DNA of 63,319 nt, filler included, from Thraustochytrium aureum (Eukaryota), in the NCBI GenBank assembly GCA_012862495.1. It is 4 parts of 3 records of this genome, joined end to end, with 100 filler letters (N's around TTAATTAATTAA, not from the genome) between each part and the next. Parts side by side here need not be neighbours in the genome. Positions count along the whole stretch, not along the records: positions 39,983 to 60,340 come from BLSG01000455.1; 3 more parts are not named here. One strand, written 5' to 3'. Positions 45,401 to 59,335 of this stretch are shown one piece after another; position 1 is the stretch's first letter; each line of letters opens with the position of its first letter. A program made the position numbers and the translations under genes. Under the pieces are notes generated by a model that made no database searches, was not told the DNA's origin, and worked only from the letters and a program-made list of their open reading frames with translations.

Positions 45401-48400
45401 AAATCGGAGTCGTACTCAAAGGTGGAGTCCGTCAAGTCGCCAGCTCCAAATTCCTCCGACTGGTCTCCGTCACTCACGATCGTCGCCCCGTCGTCCGAGT
45501 CGCCCTTTACATCCCCGCTGCCCCCTCCTTCGTCGTCCGCGTCCGAGAGCGTCCGTGCAGAACTCATTTGCCGCAGGTGCGCGGCCTTGANNNNNNNNNN
45601 NNNNNNNNNNNNNNNNNNNNNNNNNNNNNNNNNNNNNNNNNNNNNNNNNNNNNNNNNNNNNNNNNNNNNNNNNNNNNNNNNNNNNNNNNNNNNNNNNNNN
45701 NNNNNNNNNNNNNNNNNNNNNNNNNNNNNNNNNNNNNNNNNNNNNNNNNNNNNNNNNNNNNNNNNNNNNNNNNNNNNNNNNNNNNNNNNNNNNNNNNNNN
45801 NNNNNNNNNNNNNNNNNNNNNNNNNNNNNNNNNNNNNNNNNNNNNNNNNNNNNNNNNNNNNNNNNNNNNNNNNNNNNNNNNNNNNNNNNNNNNNNNNNNN
45901 NNNNNNNNNNNNNNNNNNCCCTGCTTGCCCTTGTCGTGCCAAGCAGGAACGAGATGTGCCTGTACCGTTTCGCCGACGGCTGCTTGGCCCGCTGCCTCGC
46001 AAGCTTCAGCGGAATAAGTCTGGTCCAGTTTGAGTGCTCAAGCTTCATCTGGAGGTGGCTCAGCAGGCTCACATCGTGACGACCCCCATCACTGGTGAGC
46101 GAATGAAGCTGAATCTCCTCTCCCGCCGCAACCGCGCCAGCGCCAATTGGCAAGTCGCGGCTCACTGCAGGGATGTGCTCCTGGAAGGCGATGTCCTGTG
46201 GAAGCAAGTTGCGAAGGCGAACCTGGGGATACAGACTGAACACAGTACAAATCCCGTCGTCGTCGGGTTCCACGGAAGCGCACAGGTACCTCGTCTTCCC
46301 ATTTACCAAAGAGCACTCCAGCTCGGTGTGGGTGGACGAGCCCCCCGATGCCAGAGAGACGTGCACAGGGCCCGACCATTCGAACGAATGGCTAACACTC
46401 TCTTCAAGGTGCTCGGGGAGCATCGGCTTGAGGCGAATCTCGCTTGCGTCCCCAAAGAAGACTGGAAGTGTGCGCGACTCGCCTGGCCCGACAACCCATG
46501 GCAACAATCGCGCCGCGGGCCAGGTTGGCGCGCTTGCCAGGATGCGCACCCCATAGTCGAGGTTGTTCCTCACAACCAGAAGGCCGGAGAAAACGACCTT
46601 GAGCTTGCGCGTCGCGTCGTCTATCTGGACAGACCACCGCACGCGCAGGCCCCACGGAGTCAAGTCGCGTCGGCTCTGGCGCGCAATCAGGCGCGCGACC
46701 CCGACGCCTACCTTGTTAACAGTGACACCCTCGAGCGTCTCCCACACCTGCTCGAGCTCGCCGCTCGACGAACTGCGGAGCAGAAAGGCGACATTAATCG
46801 GCCTGTATTGGCAAAAGCCACGGATCCGCCCCCTGCCGGTCCCGGCATGATGTTCAAACCCAAACGTGACATCCGCGTCCGCGTCGTCGGGCACGACAAC
46901 GCTCTCGCTCTGTGCGTCGCCCTCTTTCCAAAAGGGAAAATGGTCAACCCCGTGTCGTTGCGCAGCAGGAAGGCATTGTTGAACTGCCCAGCGGAGGGCA
47001 GGACTGAAAGGCCTTTCATGGCCTTCTTCTCACGAAGGTCTTTGACTGAATCGTACCTCGCCATCGTGTTGCTGAGGACATGGAGGAAGGTGTCCGAGAG
47101 ATTGCACGTTATCGGCCTGGGGAGGTCGAGCGTGACCTCGAGAGCGCGGGAGCTGTAGTAGGTGCAACTCAGGTTGATCTGGCTCGGGTCGAGCAAGACC
47201 CCCCAAGACCCTGCGCGAAGGTCGTAAAAGTGAGCCCCAGTCATGTCTACCTGCGCCCCGTAGGTGTAATTTCCGTCGCTCGAACCGTTCATAAAGCAGT
47301 CAATTTTCCTCAGCACCAAATTGGACAGGGGCATGTCACCGCCGTCAACGTCGTCGATGAAGTTGAGGATGACTTTCTCCGTGCCCGCATTTATAGTGTC
47401 CTGCAAAACGACGGGGCGCTCGCTGTCCCGACGAAGAAATTTTAGCGTGAACGAGCCGCACCGCGACGCGAGCTGCTCTTGAATCAGCTCCGGTTTGTCG
47501 TTCCCCACGAAGACGCCGTTCAGCTCGATCAGGTAGTCGCCAGGCCGCACGCCAAAGTGTTCGCAAATGCCCGCGCCCTCTTCGGGCTGGCCGTCAAGCC
47601 CTCGAGGCTCATGCAAGCGCACGGGGTACATCGCCTCGACCTGAAGGAAGCCCCGGTGCTGCTGCATGATAATACCGGGGTTGCGAACTCCTGCTGGAAC
47701 GAGAAACTCGATGTAGTCCTCGTCGATGCGTCCGTTAATCGGTCTGTCGAGCGCTGGCGGGACGGATGGAAAGGGAGGCGAATTCGCGAAGCCGTCGTCG
47801 CCGGTGTCGCCGTCCGAGTCAGAGTCGGAAGTGAGCGTCCGCGACGAAAGTGCGCTGGAAATTCGCAGTTCGCTCACTCGCCGTTCGTACTCTTCCCGGG
47901 CCTTGCGGATACGGAGCTCGTGCAGCGGGTTGTCAACGGCGGCGCCGCTGACATTCGCAAGAATCTCCTGTATGAGGGCCACATCGGCCATGGAGAGGTA
48001 CAGCTCAAGGTGAGAAAACTTGAGGTTGAAGCGGCGGCCGTGTACCTTGGACCCGAGGGCAATCTCTTCGTATTCATACGAAAAGTTCATGGCGGTCGGC
48101 TCCAGGAGTTGCTGTAGCACTGTCTCACTGGACTCGCCTGCTGCCTGGCTCGCGCGGTCGAGCGCAACATCCGTTGCGCTCAACCCTGTCGAGACGTACG
48201 CTTCAAGGTCCTTGAGGGTCCCGGTCCAGTAGGAGAGTTGCTGCGACGTCGGGTCGCAGTCTTTGCTCCACGAAAACGACACGCTACCTCGAACAACGAC
48301 CATGCGAGAGTTCCGATTCGAAAAAGTCTGGCACCAAATAGAGGCAAGGGTCGCGAATGTTGAAGAGGCCCTTCCAGTTCGGCTCGGGCTCTCCTGCAGG

Positions 48401-51400
48401 ATCCGACTCCCGAGGCCCACCATTCGCTTCGCTTGGGCGCGTCGAGCGACTCGGCGGGTTGTCTGGCTTGTCGAGGACGCGAGGTCCCAGCTGAACCTGG
48501 GCCCTATCCCCCAGTGGACCAGAATTGGGATCACCTTCAGGCGCCGAGCTGACCCAAAAGCCGATCACGTCAGCGAGGAGTTCAAGGATGAAGACCCCCC
48601 GGAAGCTGTTCAGGTCGAGTTGAAGGTCCCGCTCGCTTGGCACATACCGGAAGTAGAATGCCACCGCCGCCCGTGCGTTTTCCTCGCCACCTTCAGCGGC
48701 GTCCAGCGCTGCAACGGACGCCGCTGCTTGCCGATCGCCTGGGCCCCCTTCGCGGGCACTCCGTGGGTTGGATAAAATGAGGTGCTTGAAGTGGCTGCTT
48801 GCGCTGACCATGCGCCGGTCTGTCAGGTCGAGCGAGCGGACCGAAACCTCGAGCACAGTGCACGCGTCTGGCTTGTCGCGCTCCAATGTGCGCCAAAAAC
48901 CCGTGCATGGCAAAGCATGCAATGGAGGATTCCGCAGTTGCGGCGGGCCCTTCAGCGAGGAGGAGAGAAGCGTGCTCGAGCATGACGTCAACCGCGAAGA
49001 CAAGCCCAGGAGAGTCGGCATCGTCGAAGCCGTACTCGATGACAGGAGCGGCTGGCAAGCTCACTGCACTTGGGCTTGTCCGCAAGCTCGAACCAACGGC
49101 GCCAGCGCCTTGCTCATCTGTCGCCCTGCCGAACGTGTCAACCGTATGACGAAGCTCCCGGCTGTCACGGTCCTCCCCGCGAGGGGTGATTTGAGAACCC
49201 ACCGACCCAGGACCGGGCAAGTCAGGGTCCGCGAGCAGATTGTTGGCAAACACACTCTGGACGAGCCAGTACTGCTGGACGGCCAGCGTGAGAGCGACGG
49301 AGGAGACCTCCGCTGTGAATGTGAGGCCCTCCGCTCGGCTGCCCTGCGACAGAGAGCGAGAAGCGCACCGGGTCAGCAAGAACTGGCGCCGTGTCAGTGA
49401 AGATAGTAAAACCGCCCATGCTGGCTCGCGTGACGGCTGCGCTGGCTGCCGCGCTGGGCCCTTCGCTCTTGTTCGAAACGCGAAGGTGCGTACAGCTCGC
49501 CGCCAAGAAGCGTCCCTCTTCTGGATCCATGCTCGCTGGCAAGACAAACTCAAAGTTGTCGGTAGCGATGTCAAACACGAACGCAAGGTTGACGTCCTCT
49601 GGAGCGCGCGAGGAGGACTGCAGCGCCGACTTCAAAACCTCTCGAGGCACATACTCGTCAGGCTGGCATGTCGCACCGAGCACTGCTTTCAAGACGCCTT
49701 CGGCGATGTAATCGACCAGCTCGAGGTAGAACTGGTTAATGTGCACGAAGCGAGACGCACCAATGTTCACGCGAAGTGAGCTGCCCCTTCCGTCGGCGAA
49801 CGCGTCGAGCGCGAAGCGGACAAAGGTGGATTCTTCAGACTGAACAGCGAAGAGCTGCCGGTTGTGGACGCTCAGGTCAAAGCTGCCAAGCTCGCCACTC
49901 AGGGCTGTGCAGGCGGGAGAATGCGCAATCTTGATCGCCGCCATGGTTGCCCCTAGTTGAGCTAGCGTCTCACCATGCTTCCCAAGTTGCACGCTGAGCG
50001 CTGCCATCGAGACGTCCACAATAAAGCGAACGTCCTCCTCAGGAACGACGACCGCCGAGGACTGCGCGGGCCGATAAGGAGCAGGCACGGGGGATCCGTC
50101 TGCGGAACCAGCTTGCCGGATATCTTCTTGCGCAAGCCACGGCAGTTGCGAAAGGTACGTGAATCTCGTGAATGCTATCGACTCTGGGTTCCAGTGAACC
50201 CAAAGCTTATGGAAGCGTACCGCCGCGTAGAGCGTGCTTGAAGTTCGCCGAGGTTTATTTTGCCCCAATGTGGTTTGGCTTCGGCGCGTCCAACGAAGAA
50301 GGGCGGCCGCCGCTGTCAGGTGTGGTGAATGCCGACGGCGGGACTCGTTTCGACACGAGCGACCGACGCCACCTGGCGTTGACCGAAATGAGCCGCTCAG
50401 AGTCTCCTACGGCGGGCAAGTCCGTAAAATCACTGGCCTCTGATGATACGAAAACGACAGAACCGTCTGGGTTCGCGAAAAGGTCGACAACGCGGATCGA
50501 TCCGAGGGAGAAGTGTGCGAATGAGCCGCGCGCCCGCTGCACGTACTCTGCCAACAGACCCGAAACGGACGCTTCTAGCAGCGGCCTGCGAATTGCCCCG
50601 TGATCCTCGTCCTCGTCGGTACAAACCGTGACCTGAACGAGCTCCGCTCGTGCGCAAACGTGTGTACAGAGGCTCGCGTCGGTCTCCGGGCTTCCATAGT
50701 TCGACTCGACCGGCCCGGGCGCTACTGAAGGATCTGGCAAATGCCCACTTTCTTCGGCAGGCGCCCCATCGTGGGCCGCGGACACTGCAGAATCGTCGGC
50801 CTTGGTGTCCCACCACCAGTGCTCGTCGAGCCATTGAAGGCGCAGCCTCCAAAGGAAGCCAACGTAAGCTGGCGCAATAGCCACTTTCACTTGGCCCAGG
50901 GCGACGTCGACGCGTTGGTTGAGCCTCGTGGACAGAACGTGGCGCAGCGTGGCGTGAACGTCAAAATCCTCCACAAGACGGAAGACTGCCCCCCTAAGCA
51001 TCTTTTCGTGTGCCCCTCGAGAAGCGACGGCCGCGTCCTCCGACGCTGCCTCGACGGCGACATACAGTTCTTCCCACGAGCTCCCGAGGGGCACGTTGAG
51101 TATGAGGGACTGGATGCGCGTCACAGCAACGTTCCAGCGGCCATAGACGTTATCGGAAGGCTCGCCGTCGTCCCCGGTTTCGCTCTCTTGTGACGGGGTT
51201 TGCGGCCGGACAGCGCCGCTCATGCGCCAGTCTCCTTGCGCCTCGTCCCCTCGTTTCTGAGCTGGTTCCTGGATTGCCGCACTCCCCTGAGTAGCGACGT
51301 CGAGTTCCGACTCAAGGGCATCGAAGAACTCGTCGTATTCATCTTCCACGGCGGCGCCGCTGGCGTTGGAGGCCGCGCTTTCCGAGGTATCCCGGCGATC

Positions 51401-54297
51401 GCCGAGTGCCGTGACGCTGCCGAACGCACTGCGGTCTGAAATCGCGGCCCGCTTCGCACGCCTGTCGTCTCGCTCAACGTGCAAGACGCCAAGGTCGAGC
51501 AACAAGATTCGCTCCGCAGGCCTTGTGGGCCCCAAATCGCGGTCCTCCGACTCAACGAGTAGAGGGAACAGCAGTATTGGGGCAGATATCGTGACGCGCA
51601 CGTCAAGGTCAGGCTTGAGACTTTCCTGCACAAAGGCGCTCGCATCTTGCAGCACTTTGGACACGTGAGCCGTCTTTTCGATATACTCTGCGACCCAGTT
51701 TACATCGATATTCGGAGCAGCCTCGTCGTCCACCTCGCTCTTGAAGCTGCCCCACACCGCTGGATTGCTCAGCCGTGCGAGGTTGGGCTTGCTACCTGCC
51801 CCTTCAGGCGTGCTGCAGCGTGGTCTTCGGGGAGAGAGCCACTCGGGGCCGCGCTGGGCCGTCGCTCATTCGCGGGATCTGGGTCTGCCGTGTCCGATGC
51901 ACGCGCTAGCATCGCGAGTTGGTGCTGCTCAAACCCGGTTTTGAAGTGCCTGTTGTAAGCCAGAAACCCCGTCAAGGTGTTCACCCACTGGGGGAGGACC
52001 GTGACCTGGAACGGGACGGCAGCAAGTCGGACTGTGTACACTTCTTTCCGCACGACTTGCCCTGGTTGCTCCGTGGACCTCTCCGATGGCGCGTAGTCCA
52101 TCTTGAAAGTCAGCGCGTTTCTACCAGGAGTTTGCCCCAGCCCGCCCCGCGGCAGTGCGTCGTAATCTGCCCCATCCGCAAGGGCGAATTTCGGCGCGAG
52201 GAAAGTGGCGTGGCGGAGTGACGCCGCTGGGCTCCGGTCCGTGATCGCCAGAGACTTGAGGACAAACTCGTGCTTCCAGGACCCGCCAAACCGGGACTCG
52301 TAAGAATGCGACCCGGCGAGCGAGGCGCAGAACAGAACGTTCTCAAAGGCCTCGTCTAGCAACGACAAGGCGCCGGTTTGCAGCTTTGACGTGATTGTAG
52401 CGTTGATCGTGCCGTCAGGGATGGCTTGGTGGCGAATCTCCTCAAAGTAATTCGCTGCATCGACAAGCTCGGCCTTTTCCTCGGCAGTCAGCGCGATTGG
52501 GCGCAACCTCGCCGCATCATCGACGCCCTCGACGCCGGGATGCGAAAAGTCTGGCTCCGATTGGGAGACGAACCAGCTTGAAAGCCACTGCCTTGCTCCA
52601 GCTCCTCCAGCTGCGCTCGAGTGCCCCGCCGAGGTACCTTGCTGCTTCTTTTGCTCCGCGGCGAGCTCAGCTAAGGCTGCTGCTCTGAACGCTAGCGTAG
52701 ACTCAACCTCTAGCTCGTCCTCAAGACGCTGGAGCTCTCCAGTGCGTCGCCGACGCTCGATCTCGGCAACGCTTGCTTGGTCCGCAAGGCCGCTCTCGCT
52801 CGAGGCCTCGCATGACAACTCCTCTTCCTCTGACGGCCCTGCGGCGGCTTCCCTCTCGGAATCCCCTGCAGCGACTGCGGACTTGTACAGCTCTATGTAG
52901 CGCTCGCGCATGCGGATCTGGTGGACAACTTCAGGCCACTCCAGCCGAGTTCGCCGCTGCGCAAGATTCAGCAACGCCTGGTCGTCGCCTCCAGTTGGAG
53001 CGGCCAGCTCGTCATCTTGTGGGGCCCCTTCTACCGCGCCAACACTGCGCGTAAGACGGACCGCAGCGTTGTGAATCTTGACGCACTTGTAGGCGTATCG
53101 CCACCAAGCGCGTGGATCCTCGATCGGAGCGTCCTGCGGCCTGTGCTCGCGATACACGGAGAGGATGGAGCTCTGGGCCAAACTGCGCTGCAAAGCAGCC
53201 ATCATCGCAAACTGCGTCCGCGAAACGGTGAGGTCGATCGCCGCAAAAGTAACCTTGATTTTGTAGCGAGGCTTTGAGAAGTCTGACGATTCGTTCTTCG
53301 CAACGATGGCACGGGGGGAGCAGGGCTGGAGCAAAAAGTGGTGCAGCTTGCGGTGCTCCACCAGCGGCGATGTGTGGTGCAAGCCGCTGCCATAGTCAGA
53401 TTTCAGCTCCTCGCGCCAAATGCCCTTGGCTAAGAGGTAGACGAAATCTGTCTCGGAACGCAACACTTGGCTGTGACGAGCGTTCGAGATCATGCGCTTG
53501 TCCGTGTCCCAGTACACGGCCAAGGACTTGAGCTCGACAGCCTTGAAGAGGGTTTTTTCTTCCGCAACGTCTGGGGCTGCACGCTCGCGGAAAACGCGCT
53601 CTCCCTTCTCGTTGCACGTGTACGTAGTGAATTCCTCGAATGTCAGCCCGACCGCAAAGCTGTGCCCTGGGACGCTCATGTAATCCTCGATGCGGACGTG
53701 CACGTTCGTAACTGTGACCTGCAGGTTGTCCATGATCTTTGCGCCAAGGCGGCTTTTGAACGACTCGCTTTGGTGCTGGGGGGCGCCAGCCAAGTCTGCA
53801 TCACCGTCTTTGGCAGCCGCAAGCAGATTTGCCCACCGCAGCCGGATGCGCTTCTCGATTATTCGGCGCGGCAGCTTGCGCGCACGAGGTCGGCCCAAGC
53901 GCTTGTTGGTGTCCTTTCTGGGCGAAGCGTGGCCTTGGGGTGCCGCTTCTGTAGGTGGATTGCTTCCAGCGCCCTCGCCATCCTCCTCGTCGCTCTCGTC
54001 GCCTCCGACGGTCCACTCGGGCGACAGCGTCGCCAGGAGGTAGACCCCATCGATCGTGACGCGGACGGGCTCAGACCCGAGCTTTGTCCACGGCACGCTC
54101 ACATTCAACGTGAGGATGTGGCCGCACTCGACCTTGAGGGGCAGCCGCAAGGCGTCGAGCATCTCCTTCTTGAGGACGAGCCCTTCGAGCCGAATCTCGC
54201 CAGCCCACACCGCGATCTTGAGATTTTCCGCATTGATCCCATCAATGTACCTCCCGAAATAGTCTTGCAGCACGCCAAGAAGAATCCGCTTCGCCAT
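42406..54297 (-). CDS. VPS13: VPS13-family lipid transfer protein (~3,900 aa span; ~10 frameshifts; one internal gap)
   Basis: Chorein-N: MAKRILLGVLQDYFGRYIDGINAENLKIAVWAGEIRLEGLVLK..LPLKVECGHI.TLNVSVPWTKLGSEPVRVTIDGVY; IMDNLQVTVTNVHVRIED; PRAWWRYAYKCV; DLDVRVTISAPILLFP..LLLDLG; VAB-like YWILNHTALSL and SNIVTVVPRYTFANFT; C-terminal DNAKIR..FY. Confidence 0.9.
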
Positions 54298-54697
54298 GTC
54301 GCCTTCGCAGCAGTCCCCTGAATCGCCGCCAGCCGGCCGTCCCACGCCACGCGTGTCCTTGCCGCTCTGCAGCCGCCTTCAGACCGCGCGCGCGCCCCTC
54401 CTCGCGCCAGTCGCTTTCCCAGCGCGCGCCCGCCCAGCCGCCTCGCGCGCCGGTGCCAAAACCGTGCAACACCAGCCCCCTCCTTCCTCCCGCCAGCCAG
54501 CCCTCCCGGCGCGACGCCTGCCTTCCGGCCCGCGCGCGGCCCTTCCACCCGCCTGCCCGCTCTCGCGACGCTGCGCCGGCGCGCGATCGGGTTCTGGGCC
54601 TCGCTCGAGCTCGCAGATCCATCCCTGCCAGGAGCCCGTCCATCCCGGCGCCCATTCCAATCCCTCCCTCCCTCCAACGGACGACCGACCCCTCCAA

Positions 54698-54720
54698 CGA
54701 TCGATCGATCGATCGATCGA
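54698..54720. repeat. (GATC)n palindromic microsatellite
   Basis: cgatcgatcgatcgatcgatcga, in the GC-rich region upstream of VPS13. Confidence 0.85.
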
Positions 54721-55329
54721 GGGCGGCGCGGCAGACCCCCAACGCCGACGCGCGCGCGGCAGGCGCCTCGCGGCGCGGAANNNNNNNNNNNNNNNNNNNN
54801 NNNNNNNNNNNNNNNNNNNNNNNNNNNNNNNNNNNNNNNNNNNNNNNNNNNNNNNNNNNNNNNNNNNNNNNNNNNNNNNNNNNNNNNNNNNNNNNNNNNN
54901 NNNNNNNNNNNNNNNNNNNNNNNNNNNNNNNNNNNNNNNNNNNNNNNNNNNNNNNNNNNNNNNNNNNNNNNNNNNNNNNNNNNNNNNNNNNNNNNNNNNN
55001 NNNNNNNNNNNNNNNNNNNNNNNNNNNNNNNNNNNNNNNNNNNNNNNNNNNNNNNNNNNNNNNNNNNNNNNNNNNNNNNNNNNNNNNNNNNNNNNNNNNN
55101 NNNNNNNNNNNNNNNNNNNNNNNNNNNNNNNNNNNNNNNNNNNNNNNNNNNNNNNNNNNNNNNNNNNNNNNNNNNNNNNNNNNNNNNNNNNNNNNNNNNN
55201 NNNNNNNNNNNNNNNNNNNNNNNNNNNNNNNNNNNNNNNNNNNNNNNNNNNNNNNNNNNNNNNNNNNNNNNNNNNNNNNNNNNNNNNNNNNNNNNNNNNN
55301 NNNNNNNNNNNNNNNNNNNNNNNNNNNNN

Positions 55330-58300
55330 CCTGGGGAAAGGACGCAATGCAGCTTCTGGCTCGCGTCTCAGCAGTGAGCAGCGGCGATGACAGTCCTGGA
55401 AGCGGAAGCGAGGACACCGCGGAGGCCGTCGACCTACTCTCTTACCTAGGCCCGGGCGAGATAGCAGTGATGGCGCCGCAGCTCATGGAGCTTTTGTGCG
55501 GGAGCCTGCACGTTTCGGACGAGGACATTGCAGCTGCGATGCGAAGCAAGACGGACGTTTTGGTGCTCTTCATTCTCATCCTCTCAAGAGTCTGCGAAGA
55601 CGACCTCCACGACCAGCCCAGCGTCCACGCCGCGGCACTTTTGGGGCTTGCGGCTGTGGTTCCGGAGCCAGTGCTGCACAGCTTTGCAACTATGCTTGTG
55701 ACGGTGGTGGAGGCCGCCTCGCGCCAGTTCTCCGAAGACGGCTCTGTAGCGTCGAGCACGAGCACGACGCTCGGAAGCTCGAGTGCGGCGCTGCTGCCAA
55801 TAAACAATGGCTACATGGGGCAAGGCGCGCAAGCTTTGGTCGCCCCTGGATCTGCCGTGGCGCTCCCCTCGTCTGGGTCGCTCTCCGGCGCGGAGCACAA
55901 CCTCAAGCCTGCAGTGCTGGCGCTGTGCACGGTGGTCTTGACGGCGATGCGGGCAGCGATGGGACTGCGCGCCAGAGCCGACCCAGGTTGATTGGAAGTC
56001 GATCGTCGGGAACGTTTTCAGGTGCACAAGCCGCTTGCGTAGCGCGCCACTGGCTTGGGCTGCCGTGACACGGCTGTACCCGGCGTGCCTGAGCGTTGCG
56101 GACCCGACCGCGATTGCGCGGGACCTCAAGTGCCTGGTGGCTCGCTCTTTACAGATAGTTCGCAGACCGAGTGCGACGTGGGTCCAAGCGCATGGGGGCG
56201 CGACTCTGAGTGGGCCAACTCTGCAGATCGACTATGTCCTCGACTGCGTGAGGCATGTCCTAGACTCGCCGGCCCAGGGGTCGGTGTGGAGGGACGAGGT
56301 GCTCCCCTCCGCAGAGCTTTGGATCCACCTTCACACGCTGCAAGGTGCGGTCTCCGCGTTGGACATGGCGGTGGACCGCGCTGGGAAGCGGGATTGCTCG
56401 GACGGGTTTGATGCCTTGGTAGATGCGGTCGTCCTGCGACTGGAGTCACTCCCGCTCGAGCTGCTTCCTCACAAGCTAGATTTGGGCTTGATGACGCCTG
56501 CTTGGGCTGCTCGTCAGGCGTTTCCCTTTGCGCTTCGCCTGTGCGCAGCAACGTGCGCTCGCGGGTTTCCTCTGCACGCCATGACGCTTCGGCTTGTCAG
56601 TTTTCTCGGCTCCACTACAGCACCGAGCGACGCTGCGCGAGGTCGAAGGTCCTCGCCACGTCGGGCGGGCCGAGAGCGCACTGTGCTGCAGGAGAGCCTG
56701 CTGCACCTCGATGCGCGCTCGCGTTCTGCGGCTGTGGCCAACGTTTTCGAGACCTTTCTGTTGCACCTTTCCGCGGAGGAGGACGAAGGCTGGGCACCCG
56801 ACGAAGACAGCGTGGTCGCGGTAGTGACTCAGATCCTCTCTGTGGTTGAGGAGACCACGCCAGCGCTTGCCGTTTTGGACGGCGCTCAAACGGAGTCGAT
56901 GTGGCGCTCTCTGCTGGGCCTGTTGCTCTTTGCTGCTCGGTGTTGGAGAACGTTCGAGTCTGCCGCATGGGCGCTGCGCTCGGTCATGCATCTCGTTTCC
57001 CAGTCCCGGTCATCCAGTGCAAGCAGAGGCGCGACGGCAGAGCGCTCTGGCCGAGACGTCCGTGCCGCGAGTTTGGCGTCTGTGTGTGCAAGTGGCGCCG
57101 AAGCGACAGACCGAGGCCGTTACAGAGAAGGGCCGCCGTGGTTTGCTGCAATGCTCGCCCGTGGTCTGGCGCGGGTTGGCTGCGCGCCTGCCGTGGAGGC
57201 CGAGGTTGTCGGAATCTCCGTGGATTGTCTTGTCTTGCTTGCGAGCGACTGGCGCTCGGTGTTCACCGTCGAAGTGGAGCTCAAGCTCGCAGTCTTGGAA
57301 CGATCGCTGGGCCGGCGCCTCGGTCGCGCCAAGGTCGAATACCCCCCCTCTCCGATCCGCGCATCTCGTTCGGAGAATAGCGCTGACGAGGCCATCGAAG
57401 AGGCTGCCAGGCGAAAGGCGCTTGACCGGTGGCTTGTCCGAATCGAGGACTGCGGTGCCATGCCGGTGCTGTGCGACGCTTTGTTTTCGTTAAGAACGCT
57501 GGGCGGTGCACTGGCAAGCACGCCAGAGACCCCAGCGCTCTTGCTCGAAGTTGTCGAGGGGCTGTTGGGGGTCTCGGAAGCCTCGGTTCAGTCGCCGTGG
57601 CTCGCGCCGCCGGCATACTTGTTTGAGAAGAGGGCGGCACCGGCCGAAGTCAAGCTTTTAGTAGCTGCGCTCGACGCGCTGCGAACCGCAAACAGTATGC
57701 TTGCGCAAGCCCAGGAGGGCGGTAGCATGGCAACGCTGGACAAGGGAGCGATGGAGCGCCCCTTGCTTTTCTCGGGGCTGCTCGGGATCCAAGTTCAGGT
57801 TGAGTTGCTGCTCTGCGGCGCGCTTGACGATATGGGCAAGGACCTTGTCGTCCGGGACCTCGAGGCTCTCCTGGACAAGCTGATGTGGCGGGCGGCCAGA
57901 GACGAGCAAGACCGAGAGATGTGGCTGCGGCTTGGTGCGATGGCCGTCGCCCAGGTTGAAGACGGACTCCGGGAGAGCCTTGGGTCGTTTTGGTCTCGCG
58001 TGGCCAGTGCGGACAGTGTGCAGCGGCTGGTTCGAGACAATTTGATGTTTGCAAGCGGGGTGCAACCCGTGCCGCTACGCCGCTATGCCTTCTTCGCCAC
58101 GGAGTATGCGAGCTGGTCAGCGAGCCCGCCCGACACGCACACGTGCCTCGCGGACTTTTCGGCCAAGTTGGCGCACACTGGGCTGCGTTTCTCTTGGGAC
58201 GGGCGCCGCTGCCGGGTCGACTCGAGCTTCCAAGCGCGCGGCTCGAGTGGACCGGCCAAGCGCGTCAGCCTCGAGAGACCTCGCAGGAAGGTAAGGAAAT

Positions 58301-59087
58301 GGGACGCGTAGGGGAGGTCTTTGTGCTCACGACGCACGCGATAGACCTCGGACTTGTTGCCTTCGCGTGGCTAAGCTCTGGCGACGCGCTGCGCGTTGAG
58401 CTCGATACCGAGAGCACTGGCTCGGCAGCAGAGGCGCACCGGGGCCACAGGGCTGGAGCGGGCACGTTGTTGCTCCCAGCCGCTGTGCGGCGCGTCCGAA
58501 CCGTGCGGCTNNNNNNNNNNNNNNNNNNNNNNNNNNNNNNNNNNNNNNNNNNNNNNNNNNNNNNNNNNNNNNNNNNNNNNNNNNNNNNNNNNNNNNNNNN
58601 NNNNNNNNNNNNNNNNNNNNNNNNNNNNNNNNNNNNNNNNNNNNNNNNNNNNNNNNNNNNNNNNNNNNNNNNNNNNNNNNNNNGTTCGCAGAAGCGTAGC
58701 AAGCAGCAAGTTGCGTTGGTCATCACGTCACTGCGCATTTGGCTCGAGCACGAAGCTTGGCTTCCCCAGTTCGACGCAGACGGCCAGGCCCTCCTCATGC
58801 GCGCGTCGTTGCACAGCATGGCGGCTCACGAGCTTCTGGATGCGCTTGACCTCAACGTCGCTGGACGCGGCGCCGTTGGGCTCGTGTCTGCTGGAGCCGA
58901 GCTGGTGTCGGACGAGGAGTTGCAAAAGCTTTGCGAGTCTCTGCTGCATGTCGCGGACACTGTCGTGTCGTCGTTGCAGTCCGCAGGGCGCGGGCAGCTT
59001 GTTTCCCGCCTCGAGTCGGCCTTATCGGCCGAGAGGGCCCGCCGCAGCGCATCGCAAGGGCAACGAGGCATCAGTGCCGTAGAGTAG
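55330..59087 (+). CDS. Large Leu/Ala-rich alpha-helical (HEAT/ARM-like) hypothetical protein (frameshifts near 55980 and 58300; internal gap)
   Basis: Consecutive long ORFs 55330-55991, 55981-58311 (TQVDWKSIVGNVFRC..) and ~58300-59087, all with amphipathic-helix character; no specific family recognised. Confidence 0.6.
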
Positions 59088-59335
59088 AGTCCCGATTGGG
59101 GTGGGGGTCGCCGCCTCGCAGGGCAGGTGCTGGAGGGGATAGGAAGAGCCGCGTTCGCAGGCAAGCGTCCGCGTCGTCGTCCCCGCTCGTTTTCGTAGAA
59201 AGAGCAGGCGAGGGCCGGGAAAGAAAAGACAAGCAAAGGAAAGAAAAGATAAGGGATGACTCTGTTGTCGAACCCAAAGCTGTACGCCGCAGCCACTGAA
59301 GGCACAAGAGCAAATAACCTCCCCACAGAGTGACA

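Noticed and set aside
42406..54297. VPS13 as a pseudogene or as several separate genes
   Set aside because: Domains are collinear, breaks are frame switches rather than nonsense codons, and frameshift density is similar to neighbouring genes.
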